Assembly (NCBI GenBank): GCA_002729495.1
Contig: PBYE01000061.1
Location: 2,629 to 26,628, forward strand
DNA: 24,000 bases
DNA from: Chromatiales bacterium
Lineage (GTDB): Bacteria > Pseudomonadota > Gammaproteobacteria > Steroidobacterales > GCA-2729495
Reading direction: 5' to 3'
Both the position numbers and the translations under genes were made by a program. Shown piece by piece: positions 1-9,071 of this stretch (the stretch's first letter is position 1; each line of letters starts with the position of its first letter). The notes below the pieces were generated by a model, which saw only the letters and a list, made by a program, of their open reading frames with translations, did not search any database and was not told where the DNA came from.

Positions 1-2
1 AG

Positions 3-368
3 GGACGCGTTTATAAAAACGGCAGGCATGTCGGCAATGTAACGATGGCCCAGATATCAATTGGCTTTCAGTTCGGTGGCCAGGCCTACAGCGAGATCAT
101 CTTCTTCAAGGGCAACGATATCTTTAACGATTTTAAGGGCGGAGATTTCGAGTTCGGCGCGGATGCGAGTGCCGTTGCGCTGACTGCAGGAGCCCAGGCG
201 TCGGCTACCACTAAAGGTGTCACGGCCAGTGCAGGCACCAGCGACACTGAGACAGAAATATCGGCGGCCGAATGGTTCCGAGGTATGGCGGTGTTCACGA
301 TCGCCAAAGGTGGCCTCATGTACCAGGCCACTGTCGGCGGGCAGGCATTCGACTACGAGCCTTTATAA
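3..368 (+). CDS. C-terminal part of a SYLF/Ysc84 (DUF500)-like lipid-binding domain protein. It is 5'-truncated by the window edge.
   Basis: The frame is open from nt 3 with no upstream stop. The pattern ISIGFQFGGQ...FGADASAVALTAGAQ...GGLMYQATVGGQ resembles the repeated G-x-Q / GxDxSxA glycine-rich strands of SYLF domains. Stop TAA at 366-368. Confidence 0.45.
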   Translation, partial: GRVYKNGRHVGNVTMAQISIGFQFGGQAYSEIIFFKGNDIFNDFKGGDFEFGADASAVALTAGAQASATTKGVTASAGTSDTETEISAAEWFRGMAVFTIAKGGLMYQATVGGQAFDYEPL

Positions 369-378
369 AGGTTGGCTG

Positions 379-1377
379 TTAATACTGGCGCTGCGTAGAG
401 AAATGCGCGAGGCCGATTAACGATTCCTTGAACTCGGAATCGGGCAGGGCATCCAGGGCGTTTATCGCTTCGCCCGCTGCTTTTTCTGCCCTGCTAACTG
501 TATAGGCCAGTGCGCCGGTTTCCTGAATCGTTTTGGCAATGCGCTCAATGTCTTCGAGTCCGCCGTTAATGATCGCTGTGCGTATTACGATCTGGTCATC
601 TGCAGATGCGTTACGCAGTGCATGAATTAACGGCAGGGTTGGCTTGCCTTCGGCAAGGTCATCGCCAATATTTTTGCCAAGGTCGTCGCTGTTGGCGCTG
701 TAATCCAGCGCATCGTCAATCAGCTGAAATGCGCACCCGAGTTTGCGGCCGTATTCTGCCAGTGCGTTTTCGACCGCCTGGGTCTGGCTGGCGAGAATGG
801 CGCCAATGAGCATGCCGGCCTCGAACAGCTTTGCTGTCTTGCGATATATCACTTCCATGTACTGCTGCTCGGTCGTTTCCGGCTCATTACAGTTCATGAG
901 CTGCAGGACTTCGCCTTCGGCTATGGTATTGGTGGCGTCGGCGAGTACATCCATGATGCGCATGTGGCCGACTTGTACCATGAGTTGAAATGAGCGTGAG
1001 TATAGAAAGTCACCGACCAGCACACTGGCCTCATTGCCGAATACGCTGTTGGCCGTTTCCTGGCCGCGCCTGCGATCCGAAGCATCTACGACATCATCAT
1101 GCAGCAGGGTAGCAGTATGAATAAATTCGATAATGACCGCGGTGGAAATGTGTTTGTCACCCTGGTAACCGCATGCGCGGGCAGCCAGTAAAACCAGGAG
1201 CGGGCGAAGTCGCTTGCCCCCGCTGTTGACAATGTAGCGGGCAACGCTGTTAACGAGCGCAACGTCACTTTGCAGGTAGTCGATAATCTGTTGATTAACA
1301 TCTGGCCAGTCCGTCCCCAGTTGGGAGCGGACAAAATCCAGGTCAAACCCGGTGGGCTGTGGCTTTACAAGTTCCAT
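379..1377 (-). CDS. ispB: Octaprenyl-diphosphate synthase (trans-polyprenyl diphosphate synthase)
   Basis: 332 aa. Both aspartate-rich motifs are present (LLHDDVVDASDRRRG and FQLIDDALDY). It is divergent from rplU-rpmA, as in E. coli and Pseudomonas. Confidence 0.92.
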   Translation of the reverse strand: MELVKPQPTGFDLDFVRSQLGTDWPDVNQQIIDYLQSDVALVNSVARYIVNSGGKRLRPLLVLLAARACGYQGDKHISTAVIIEFIHTATLLHDDVVDASDRRRGQETANSVFGNEASVLVGDFLYSRSFQLMVQVGHMRIMDVLADATNTIAEGEVLQLMNCNEPETTEQQYMEVIYRKTAKLFEAGMLIGAILASQTQAVENALAEYGRKLGCAFQLIDDALDYSANSDDLGKNIGDDLAEGKPTLPLIHALRNASADDQIVIRTAIINGGLEDIERIAKTIQETGALAYTVSRAEKAAGEAINALDALPDSEFKESLIGLAHFSTQRQY

Positions 1378-1399
1378 GTTGTGTCCAATAATGCCTACG

Positions 1400-2245
1400 A
1401 TGCCCCGTGCTGTAAAACAAATTACGGTAATCCTGTCCGCAATCTTCCTGGTTTCGTGGAATGCTCCCTCCTACGGCTTCGGCTCCGAAGCGCACCGGAT
1501 CGTCGGACACATTGCCGATCGCTATACCTGTGCGGGAACCCGTGAGGCGCTTGAGCGGTTGACACCGGGAGAAAACCTGTCCGTGGCAGGCCTCTGGGCT
1601 GATCGAATCCGCGGCGATAAATCCTGGCTTCATGCACAGCCCTGGCACTATATGAATGTGCCGGATGATACAGATATTGCCGATCGTGAGATAAGTGCCG
1701 ACGGCGACGTACTGCTGGCCATTGAACGCTTCCGCGCGGAGTTGGAAGACCAGGAATTATCCGCAGAGAAGCGTGCGAATGCGCTCCGTTTTCTCGTGCA
1801 TTTTGTTGCCGATATTCATCAGCCGCTGCACGTGGGAAGGCGCGGTGACCTGGGTGGCAATACCATCGATGTCCGTGTCGGGCGCGATAAAACAAACCTG
1901 CATGCTTACTGGGATAGCTACGCGCTGGAACAGGTTGTGGAAAGTTCCGGCGCCTATGCGGCCAGGCTCGTAAGGAAGGGGTATCCGAGTGAAACCGATG
2001 GTCGCGCAATGGAGCCGGTCACCTGGGCGGACGAGTCGAAGGAGTACAGGGACGAGGTCTATGCCTGCCCCCTGGACCCCGACTCTGGTGATGCCGTGCC
2101 GGATGCCGCTTACCGCGCCAGGGCCCTTGAAATCATTGACTTGCGGCTGTACCAGGCCGGCCTGAGGCTGGCTCAAACGCTGAATGGAATTTTCTGCAGT
2201 GCAGAGGCCGGCAGCAGCCCCCGGCCTGCACGCCTAAGCCATTGA
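1400..2245 (+). CDS. Secreted S1/P1-family nuclease (zinc-dependent endonuclease)
   Basis: S1/P1 signatures are present: (W/F)GxxAHRIVGHIA near the mature N-terminus, HYMNVP, LRFLVHFVADIHQPLHVG, GGN, LHAYWDS. I chose the ATG at 1400 (1391 is an alternative), which gives the signal peptide MPRAVKQITVILSAIFLVSWNAPSYG. The 1352 start in the ORF track would overlap ispB. Confidence 0.8.
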   Translation: MPRAVKQITVILSAIFLVSWNAPSYGFGSEAHRIVGHIADRYTCAGTREALERLTPGENLSVAGLWADRIRGDKSWLHAQPWHYMNVPDDTDIADREISADGDVLLAIERFRAELEDQELSAEKRANALRFLVHFVADIHQPLHVGRRGDLGGNTIDVRVGRDKTNLHAYWDSYALEQVVESSGAYAARLVRKGYPSETDGRAMEPVTWADESKEYRDEVYACPLDPDSGDAVPDAAYRARALEIIDLRLYQAGLRLAQTLNGIFCSAEAGSSPRPARLSH

Positions 2246-2270
2246 TTTGCCCCGCCTGAGTCATTAGAAT
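2242..2270 (+). promoter_or_regulatory. Candidate sigma70 promoter for rplU-rpmA
   Basis: TTGATT (2242-2247), a 17-nt spacer, then TAGAAT (2265-2270), about 67 nt upstream of the rplU ATG. A GGAGAA Shine-Dalgarno precedes the start. Confidence 0.45.
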
Positions 2271-2336
2271 TCCCGCTCTTTTTCGGGCTCACTGGGCCCG
2301 CTGGTTCAGGGGCTTAAGCCCACTGCGGAGAAACTC

Positions 2337-2726
2337 ATGTACGCCGTATTTAAGACGGGCGGTAAACAATACCGCGCGGCCAAGGGCGACAAACTAAAAA
2401 TCGAAAAGCTCGATGCGGCCGAAGGCGACAGCGTTGAGTTTAGCGATGTGTTGCTTGTTGGCGAGGGTGACGGCGTTAAAGTCGGTACTCCGCTGGTATC
2501 CGGCAGCAAGGTCGAAGCCCGGGTGCTGGTGCAGGCGAAGGATAAGAAGATCGATGTAATCAAGTTCCGTCGCCGGCAGAATTACAGGCGCACCTACGGC
2601 CATCGTCAGGAATTCAGCCTGGTTGAAATTACCGGCATTACCGGTGGTGCAGCGAAGAAGAAAGCGGCTGCCAAAAAGACGGCTACTAAAGCCGACAAGG
2701 CAGAGCAAGAGGCCGATAAGGAATAA
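2337..2726 (+). CDS. rplU: 50S ribosomal protein L21 with a Lys/Ala-rich C-terminal tail of about 27 aa
   Basis: MYAVFKTGGKQYR...KFRRRQNYRRTYGHRQ...EITGI is colinear with E. coli L21 (103 aa). The extra tail is GGAAKKKAAAKKTATKADKAEQEADKE. Confidence 0.95.
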   Translation: MYAVFKTGGKQYRAAKGDKLKIEKLDAAEGDSVEFSDVLLVGEGDGVKVGTPLVSGSKVEARVLVQAKDKKIDVIKFRRRQNYRRTYGHRQEFSLVEITGITGGAAKKKAAAKKTATKADKAEQEADKE

Positions 2727-2732
2727 CCCGCC

Positions 2733-2996
2733 ATGGCACATAAAAAGGCAGCAGGTAGTACCCGTAACGGACGCGATTCCCAATCCAAACGACTTGGCGT
2801 CAAGAAGTTTGGGGGCGAGGGTGTTGTGGCCGGAAATATTCTGATTCGTCAGCGTGGCACCAAGTACCACGCGGGCGTAAACGTGGGCATAGGCCGCGAT
2901 CACACGTTGTTTGCGAAAGCAGATGGTGCGGTGAAGTTCGAGCGCAAGGGCCCGCGTAAGCGAATGTTCGTCAGTGTCGTTGCTAACGGGGCTTGA
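2733..2996 (+). CDS. rpmA: 50S ribosomal protein L27
   Basis: [29 protein letters not shown]...[15 protein letters not shown] is the canonical L27 N-terminus. It lies 6 nt after rplU. Confidence 0.96.
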   Translation: MAHKKAAGSTRNGRDSQSKRLGVKKFGGEGVVAGNILIRQRGTKYHAGVNVGIGRDHTLFAKADGAVKFERKGPRKRMFVSVVANGA

Positions 2997-3035
2997 GCGA
3001 ACCGGAAGAATAAGAACCAGCCAGAAGAAGAGTGA

Positions 3036-3061
3036 AGCCGGGCATTGCCCGGCTTTTTTTT
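3036..3061 (+). terminator. Rho-independent terminator after rpmA
   Basis: Stem AGCCGGGC / GCCCGGCT with loop ATT, followed by a run of 8 T (3054-3061). Confidence 0.8.
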
Positions 3062-3098
3062 GGATGACGCCATTTTTTTATGCGGCAGAAAAATGCAT

Positions 3099-3300
3099 GA
3101 AAAAATTTGAGGCGGAATTTACTTCGGCGGAACCACTGGTTTCGCCGAAGCCTGTAGTTAACAACCACCAGTTAATACTATTTTTTCAAGCAACAGAAAA
3201 TGGCTTGAAAAAATCTGTGGCAGAACTTATGTCGAAAAAGCACTGCTTTTCCGAAGCCTGTAATTACCAACAGGGGGTTAACGGTGGGCTTTCAGGCGGC
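3099..3300. repeat. Two tandem copies (period 108 bp) of a degenerate hairpin-containing element. It could be a structured RNA or a REP-like element.
   Basis: Copy A starts at 3099 (GAAAAAATTTGAGGCGGAATTTACTTCGGCGG...) and copy B at 3207 (GAAAAAATCTGTGGCAGAACTTATGTCGAAAAAG...). Each has a long hairpin with the same ACT loop: 3122-3150 (13 bp, one G.U) and 3232-3254 (10 positions, one mismatch). Each hairpin is followed by the conserved CCGAAGCCTGTA(G/A)TTA(A/C)CAAC. Confidence 0.6.
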
Positions 3301-3303
3301 AGC

Positions 3304-4596
3304 TTAATCAAGCCGTCGCATCTCCGCCTCAAGCACTCCCTTCGTCGACGTATGCAGATTCCGCGGATAAGAGGCCGGCAGGTCTTTTTTCATCTTGCGG
3401 GCGAAGGTATCGGCTTCTTCTGAAAGGCGCAGGATAAATTCCAGGTTGCCCTTGTAGCTGGGTGCCGGTGCGTACCCGATACTCAGCACGTCGAAGGGCA
3501 GGCCCGTGCCGTACTCTGCCAGTATGCCCGCGAGCGACTGCAGCGGACCGCGCATATGTCTCTGGGCTACTGCATTCAGTGCTTCGCTCCCGGTGCGGTA
3601 ATACAGATTCAGCAACATCAGCATCGTCCAGTAGTGCAGGTTGCTGAGCCACCCGAGTGCGCGGGCTTCAGGCGACTTGATTTGATTGGCATGTCCGAGA
3701 AAAGCTGATGGATTAGGCGTTACCGGAAAAGAGGGGTAGTCCGGGTGGTCCTCGGCGAGGTCCCAGGGATTTGGTTGTCCCGCCAGCATCGGATGTTCTC
3801 CGGTGAACACACTGCGAAAAAAACTGAAGTGCTGCTGCTCACCTTCGTTCGTGATGTACTTGAGCTTCTCTAACCATTCGTCGGCACCGTCGAGCTTCAC
3901 CGTGCCATCGGCGATCGCGGACTCAAGCTGGTCAACAAAAACTCCGTACAGGCCGGGCACGTGGTTCATACGTGTATTGCTGCCAAGTACTGCGGTTAGC
4001 TGATCACAGAACAATTGGTCGGCGGGCCGGCTTTCTTTCGTGAAGGGTATGCTGTTCTGGCCGGCCTCGACGTAGGTATAGCGCGCCAGCGTTAGTTTCG
4101 TGAGGCGCTCCAGGCTGAATTCAAAGGGGTAGATATCGGGTTCCGTGGGAAAATCCTGGCGCTCGAGGTTGGGGGCGCTGCCTAGCGCAACGAGGAGTTT
4201 GTTAGCCGCTGCCAGATGCTGCATTTCCTGGACAGCGACGCCCAGAAAGCTGTCGCCAGTTGGCTCTGCGGAGCCAACCAGCCCCTGGTATTGGGGCTTC
4301 AGGGTGAACGCAGCAAAGATGTACTGAATCATCAGTGCATGTTCGATCTCGCTGGCCTCTTTTAAAAGGCGAATCAATTCCAGGTAGGGATCGTAGAAAT
4401 CGCGCGCGATTACCCCGTAGCTCGGTTGCACATCGCCCGTAGATGTTCTGCCGCAGCCGCGGCGTTGCGTCGAATGCTCCTCCGAACCATCCGCCCCGGC
4501 TTCTGCAACCTGGCTGAGCGTCGGCGAGAGCAGGTAAGCGGATGGAAGCGCAATACCTTTAAGCCAGAGTGAACGCAGGAATAATCGTCGTTTCAT
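3304..4596 (-). CDS. Tat-exported ferritin-like domain protein (putative di-iron protein, VioB-N-terminal-like 'Ferritin-like' family)
   Basis: 430 aa. The N-terminus MKRRLFLRSL... matches the twin-arginine motif (RRxFL), with an AEA|G cleavage-like site. Two ExxH motifs sit in predicted helices (ASEIEHALMIQY and VQEMQHLAAANKL), typical of ferritin-like four-helix-bundle metal sites. A GAGG Shine-Dalgarno lies 5 nt upstream. Confidence 0.6.
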   Translation of the reverse strand: MKRRLFLRSLWLKGIALPSAYLLSPTLSQVAEAGADGSEEHSTQRRGCGRTSTGDVQPSYGVIARDFYDPYLELIRLLKEASEIEHALMIQYIFAAFTLKPQYQGLVGSAEPTGDSFLGVAVQEMQHLAAANKLLVALGSAPNLERQDFPTEPDIYPFEFSLERLTKLTLARYTYVEAGQNSIPFTKESRPADQLFCDQLTAVLGSNTRMNHVPGLYGVFVDQLESAIADGTVKLDGADEWLEKLKYITNEGEQQHFSFFRSVFTGEHPMLAGQPNPWDLAEDHPDYPSFPVTPNPSAFLGHANQIKSPEARALGWLSNLHYWTMLMLLNLYYRTGSEALNAVAQRHMRGPLQSLAGILAEYGTGLPFDVLSIGYAPAPSYKGNLEFILRLSEEADTFARKMKKDLPASYPRNLHTSTKGVLEAEMRRLD

Positions 4597-4765
4597 TTAA
4601 GCCTCAAACCAAAATTAGTTTCACTAGTTTGCCAGTGCATGACCAATGCTAAAAAGCATTCAGGGACTTCGGCAATCTAACACGGAGTTTGTCTGTGGAA
4701 TAGGCGTGGTATCAATCCGATGGTAAGTAGTAATGCGTAGGTTCCACTCCTGACCCGGGTTCGAT

Positions 4766-5542
4766 CTAGTCGGCTGGCCTGCTCCCAAGTATTTTTCTTG
4801 TCAGCAAGACCGTAACCGCCAGAGAAGCAAGGCCGGCGGTTACAATGAGCGCAATCGTTGCGCTCGAGAGTTCCGAATAAAAAATCGGCCCGACGAACCA
4901 GACCCAGAAGGCGAACACCAGGTTGCACAGACCGTGCACGATCAGCGGTGGCCAAAGGGACTGGGTCAGCCAGCGCAGGTAGGTCCAGGCGCCCAGGATG
5001 ACAAAGGCGCCGAACGCGTTCTGTACGAGTTCCGGGGTCCAGCGGTGCGCCACCAGGTTGATGAAGGCAACGATGCACACCGTCGGCCCGACACTGAGGA
5101 CCGTGTGCATTCGGGTTTGCATAATGCCACGAAAGGCGACTTCGGCCAGGACCGCAGCGAACACCGACATCACGAATGCGTAGGTCATCTGAAACAGCGG
5201 GCTGACATCTGCGCTGTAGACTTCGACGGCGCGGACCTTATCCGTAAAAATACCTTGCGTGGAAGTGACACAGACCCCGAATACAGTCAGGGCGATACCA
5301 ACGGCGTACATCTGTGCCCGCGAAATACCTGCCGGGTGGGAAAGACCAATCTGCCAGCGTTTTTCAGCCCAGATCGTCGATGCAATCAACAGGGCAATCA
5401 CCGGGAGCGGAAACCACACCAAGTCGGGTGACCAGCGAGCATTGAACATTACGCAGGCCGTGGATACACCCATGACCACGGTAAAAAATACCAGTGAAAC
5501 AATTACGGCGCTGGCCAGTGTCCGGAGAGTTTGCGTGTTCAT
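4766..5542 (-). CDS. CPBP-family (CAAX protease/Abi-like) intramembrane protease
   Basis: 258 aa and polytopic. Three CPBP motifs occur in order: AEVAFRG (E-x3-R), FINLVAH (F-x3-H) and HGLCN (H-x3-N). A strong AAGGGGGG Shine-Dalgarno precedes the ATG. Confidence 0.7.
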   Translation of the reverse strand: MNTQTLRTLASAVIVSLVFFTVVMGVSTACVMFNARWSPDLVWFPLPVIALLIASTIWAEKRWQIGLSHPAGISRAQMYAVGIALTVFGVCVTSTQGIFTDKVRAVEVYSADVSPLFQMTYAFVMSVFAAVLAEVAFRGIMQTRMHTVLSVGPTVCIVAFINLVAHRWTPELVQNAFGAFVILGAWTYLRWLTQSLWPPLIVHGLCNLVFAFWVWFVGPIFYSELSSATIALIVTAGLASLAVTVLLTRKILGSRPAD

Positions 5543-5649
5543 CGATCCCCCCTTGATGCATTTGACTGCTACATCCTGGTTACGATATCTCCGGTACAGA
5601 TTTTACCTGACTCGACAACCCGCGTATTGATTCCCCGCAGGTTCAACTC

Positions 5650-6558
5650 CTAGGCAGCCGACCTTATGGCATCCGCCGGCGCTTGGGGCCTGACGGTGTC
5701 TTTGATTGCGACCCGGTGGTTCAACCGGTACTGCGGCTGGAAGTCCGGCATGACCTCGTGCTGCGCAGAACGGTTGTCCCAGATTACCAGCGTGCCTGTC
5801 TCCGGCCAGTGCAGGCGTACCTGGAACTCCGGTTTCTTCAGGTGGCGGATCAGGAACTCAAGCAGGGTTTTACTTTCCTCATCCGGAATGCCGACGATCC
5901 TGGTCGTCACCATCTCATTCACGTAAATGGATTTACGGCCGGACTCGGGATGTACGCAGATGACGGGATGTATCACGGGCGGATAGTGTTCGCTGATTTT
6001 CACGCGTGCTTCATGATCCGCCATACCCCATTTGTTCAGGCCGAATTTATCGGCCAGATCGTGCACGGCCGTCAGGCCGTCGAGCATGGCCTTCATCGGT
6101 TCGGACAACGCAGCATAAGCTGCTTCCGTGTTGATCCAGATAGTGTCGCCACCGGCCGGTGGCATCTTCACGCCGTACAGCAGGGAACACTTTGACGGGA
6201 TTTCCTTGAAGGTGTCGTCGGCGTGCATGTTGACGTCGCCGCCGATGCCGGCCTGCTGCGTGTATTCCTGTTTTTTAACTTCAGGCTGTTCTTCCAGCCG
6301 GGGAATCGTGCCACCCATCTGCACGTCACCGAAAACTTTCGCGATCTGCACATGTTGAGCCGGCGTCAGGTCGAGGCCATGAATAAACAGCACGTGGAAG
6401 TGCACCATCGCCTGCCGAATTTCCTCGGCCGCCTCATCGCTGAGCGGCTGACTGAGGTCCAGGCCTTCAATATCCGCGCCTAATGCACCGGCAACCGGTT
6501 TCGCGGTGAAGGTCTTGAACTGGGGATCCTGGCGTACGGCAGAGATTTCGTAAGTCAT
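5650..6558 (-). CDS. TauD/TfdA-family Fe(II)/2-oxoglutarate-dependent dioxygenase
   Basis: 302 aa. It has the HxD iron ligands (NMHADDTF), GGDTIW, a distal His in VIWDNRSAQHEV, and R in RLNHRV. Overall it is colinear with E. coli TauD. Confidence 0.8.
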   Translation of the reverse strand: MTYEISAVRQDPQFKTFTAKPVAGALGADIEGLDLSQPLSDEAAEEIRQAMVHFHVLFIHGLDLTPAQHVQIAKVFGDVQMGGTIPRLEEQPEVKKQEYTQQAGIGGDVNMHADDTFKEIPSKCSLLYGVKMPPAGGDTIWINTEAAYAALSEPMKAMLDGLTAVHDLADKFGLNKWGMADHEARVKISEHYPPVIHPVICVHPESGRKSIYVNEMVTTRIVGIPDEESKTLLEFLIRHLKKPEFQVRLHWPETGTLVIWDNRSAQHEVMPDFQPQYRLNHRVAIKDTVRPQAPADAIRSAA

Positions 6559-6698
6559 GATATTTGCTCCGAGGCGTAGGTTGCCATCGTATTAGCAAGC
6601 CATTTTGGCGTAAGCCAAAGATTAAATCAAGTGACTTATTTTATAGCCAGGCTTATTCATCCTTTGCCATTGCAGCCCTTTGCGCTAGGGCTTACAGC

Positions 6699-7313
6699 TT
6701 AGTTGTTGAATACAATATTGAGGGAGGTCGGATTGGCCAGGAGGTCCTGACCGTAGGCGTGGATGGTAATACAGCGACTCGGCGTATCGTTACCGACCCG
6801 GTGCAGATCGTCGATCCCGGGCCGCACGGTGGTGATGTCTCCGGGTTTCAGGAGCATTTTCATTTTGCTGCGCAGGCCAAGTGCTGCGTGCTCGTTCTGC
6901 CAGGTATCAAAGTTCTCACCGAACGGGGAGCCTTCGTGGACTCCGACCGCGCCCCAGGCTGTATGGCCGTGCACGGGAGTTACCTGGCCCGGCATCCAGA
7001 CGATCGCGATAAGACTGAGCGATCCATCGGGCGCTGCATAGAGTAAGTGCCGCTTAAAGTTCGTCGTGCTGCCTTCCTTGTGGCACAGGTCGAGCAGGAC
7101 GGGTTCGCATAAAAAACCGCGCATCGCCGCTTTGGCCGCCGCCGCAGCGCCGAAACCCGGGCACTTATTGACGGCAGACTGCATGGTCTCGGTCAGTTCG
7201 GCAAGCAGGGGCGTGGTGCCGGGTTGCAGGCCATAGGCCTGGCTTTCTGCAAAGATAGGCTCGGCCATGTTGCCGGGGAAAGGAGTGATATTGCTGTCGG
7301 TAGGTGTTATCAC
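6699..7313 (-). CDS. Cysteine dioxygenase type I-like cupin (possibly a thiol dioxygenase such as 3-mercaptopropionate dioxygenase)
   Basis: 204 aa. The cupin motif WMPGQVTPVHGHTAWGAVGVHEG (HxH) plus a downstream His in DDLHRVGN gives a 3-His triad typical of the CDO family. The start is uncertain (GTG 7313 or ATG 7268); neither has a clear Shine-Dalgarno. Confidence 0.6.
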   Translation of the reverse strand: MITPTDSNITPFPGNMAEPIFAESQAYGLQPGTTPLLAELTETMQSAVNKCPGFGAAAAAKAAMRGFLCEPVLLDLCHKEGSTTNFKRHLLYAAPDGSLSLIAIVWMPGQVTPVHGHTAWGAVGVHEGSPFGENFDTWQNEHAALGLRSKMKMLLKPGDITTVRPGIDDLHRVGNDTPSRCITIHAYGQDLLANPTSLNIVFNN

Positions 7314-7400
7314 GGCATCGAATCCATTGGTATAAGGGGCTCTTGAATAGCCGTTATTCTAGGGCTTGGAGCCCGAAGAATGTTCGCGAAGTTATCCTGC

Positions 7401-7459
7401 ATAATCACTAAATATAGAAAAATATTCCATATTTATTAAAAAAAGCGCAAAATAATATC
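7401..7459. promoter_or_regulatory. AT-rich divergent promoter/operator region between the cupin gene and the Lrp-family gene
   Basis: ATAATCACTAAATATAGAAAAATATTCCATATTTATTAAAAAAAGCGCAAAATAATATC contains the inverted repeat AAATAT-N13-ATATTT. AT-rich sites are typical for Lrp/AsnC binding. Confidence 0.35.
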
Positions 7460-7918
7460 GTGGATAAGAAAGATAGAAGAATACTGGAACTACTACAGCA
7501 AAACGCGATGCTGACTGCGGCCGAGCTAGCCGAGGAGGTGGGGCTGACCACCACGCCCTGCTGGCGACGCATCCAGAAACTCGAAGAGCAGGGCTACATC
7601 AAAGAACGTGTGGCGTTGCTCGACCACGAGAAAATGAATGTCGGCACAACTGTTTTTGTCGCTGTGCGGACCAGCCGCCATTCGGGTGACTGGCTAAAGC
7701 GTTTTATGACCGCAATTGAAAATACACCGGAAATACTGGAAGCACATCGACTGAGCGGTGATACCGATTACTTGCTGCGTATCGTCGTGCCCAGCATTGC
7801 CGAGTACGACCGCGTGTATCAGTACCTGATCAAGGAACTGGAATTCCTGGACGTGAGTTCCAGCTTTTCAATGGACGAACTTAAGTCGACTACCTCGGTT
7901 CCCGTGAAACATGCATGA
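7460..7918 (+). CDS. Lrp/AsnC-family transcriptional regulator
   Basis: 152 aa with a GTG start. The N-terminal HTH (DKKDRRILELLQQNAMLTAAELAEEVGLTTTPCWRRIQKLEEQGYI) is followed by a RAM/AsnC_trans_reg-like domain. Confidence 0.88.
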   Translation: MDKKDRRILELLQQNAMLTAAELAEEVGLTTTPCWRRIQKLEEQGYIKERVALLDHEKMNVGTTVFVAVRTSRHSGDWLKRFMTAIENTPEILEAHRLSGDTDYLLRIVVPSIAEYDRVYQYLIKELEFLDVSSSFSMDELKSTTSVPVKHA

Positions 7919-7930
7919 ACACATCTATAA

Positions 7931-8995
<1,065 letters not shown>

Positions 8996-9008
8996 TTTTA
9001 CGGTCACG

Positions 9009-9041
9009 CAAATAAAAACGCAGTGGGTAATAGCACTGCGT
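9009..9041 (-). terminator. Rho-independent terminator of rpsT. The hairpin is shared with convergent obg.
   Basis: On the minus strand: ACGCAGTG-CTATTACC-CACTGCGT followed by TTTTTATTT. On the plus strand the tail is weak (CTTATAC). Confidence 0.7.
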
Positions 9042-9071
9042 CTTATACATGTGAAATCTGTTCAGTCTTTG

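Noticed and set aside
2974-3423. 149-aa plus-strand ORF spanning the 108-bp tandem repeats
   Set aside because: The conserved nucleotide box CCGAAGCCTGTA is read in different frames in the two copies, so conservation is at the nucleotide or structure level. The ORF begins inside rpmA, crosses its terminator and overlaps 120 nt of the convergent ferritin-like gene.
4700-4766. T-loop-like GGGTTCGATC at the 3' end of the CPBP gene. This could have been a tRNA fragment or an att site marking the island.
   Set aside because: No complementary T stem, acceptor stem or cloverleaf can be drawn. I found no matching repeat at the other end of the inserted block.
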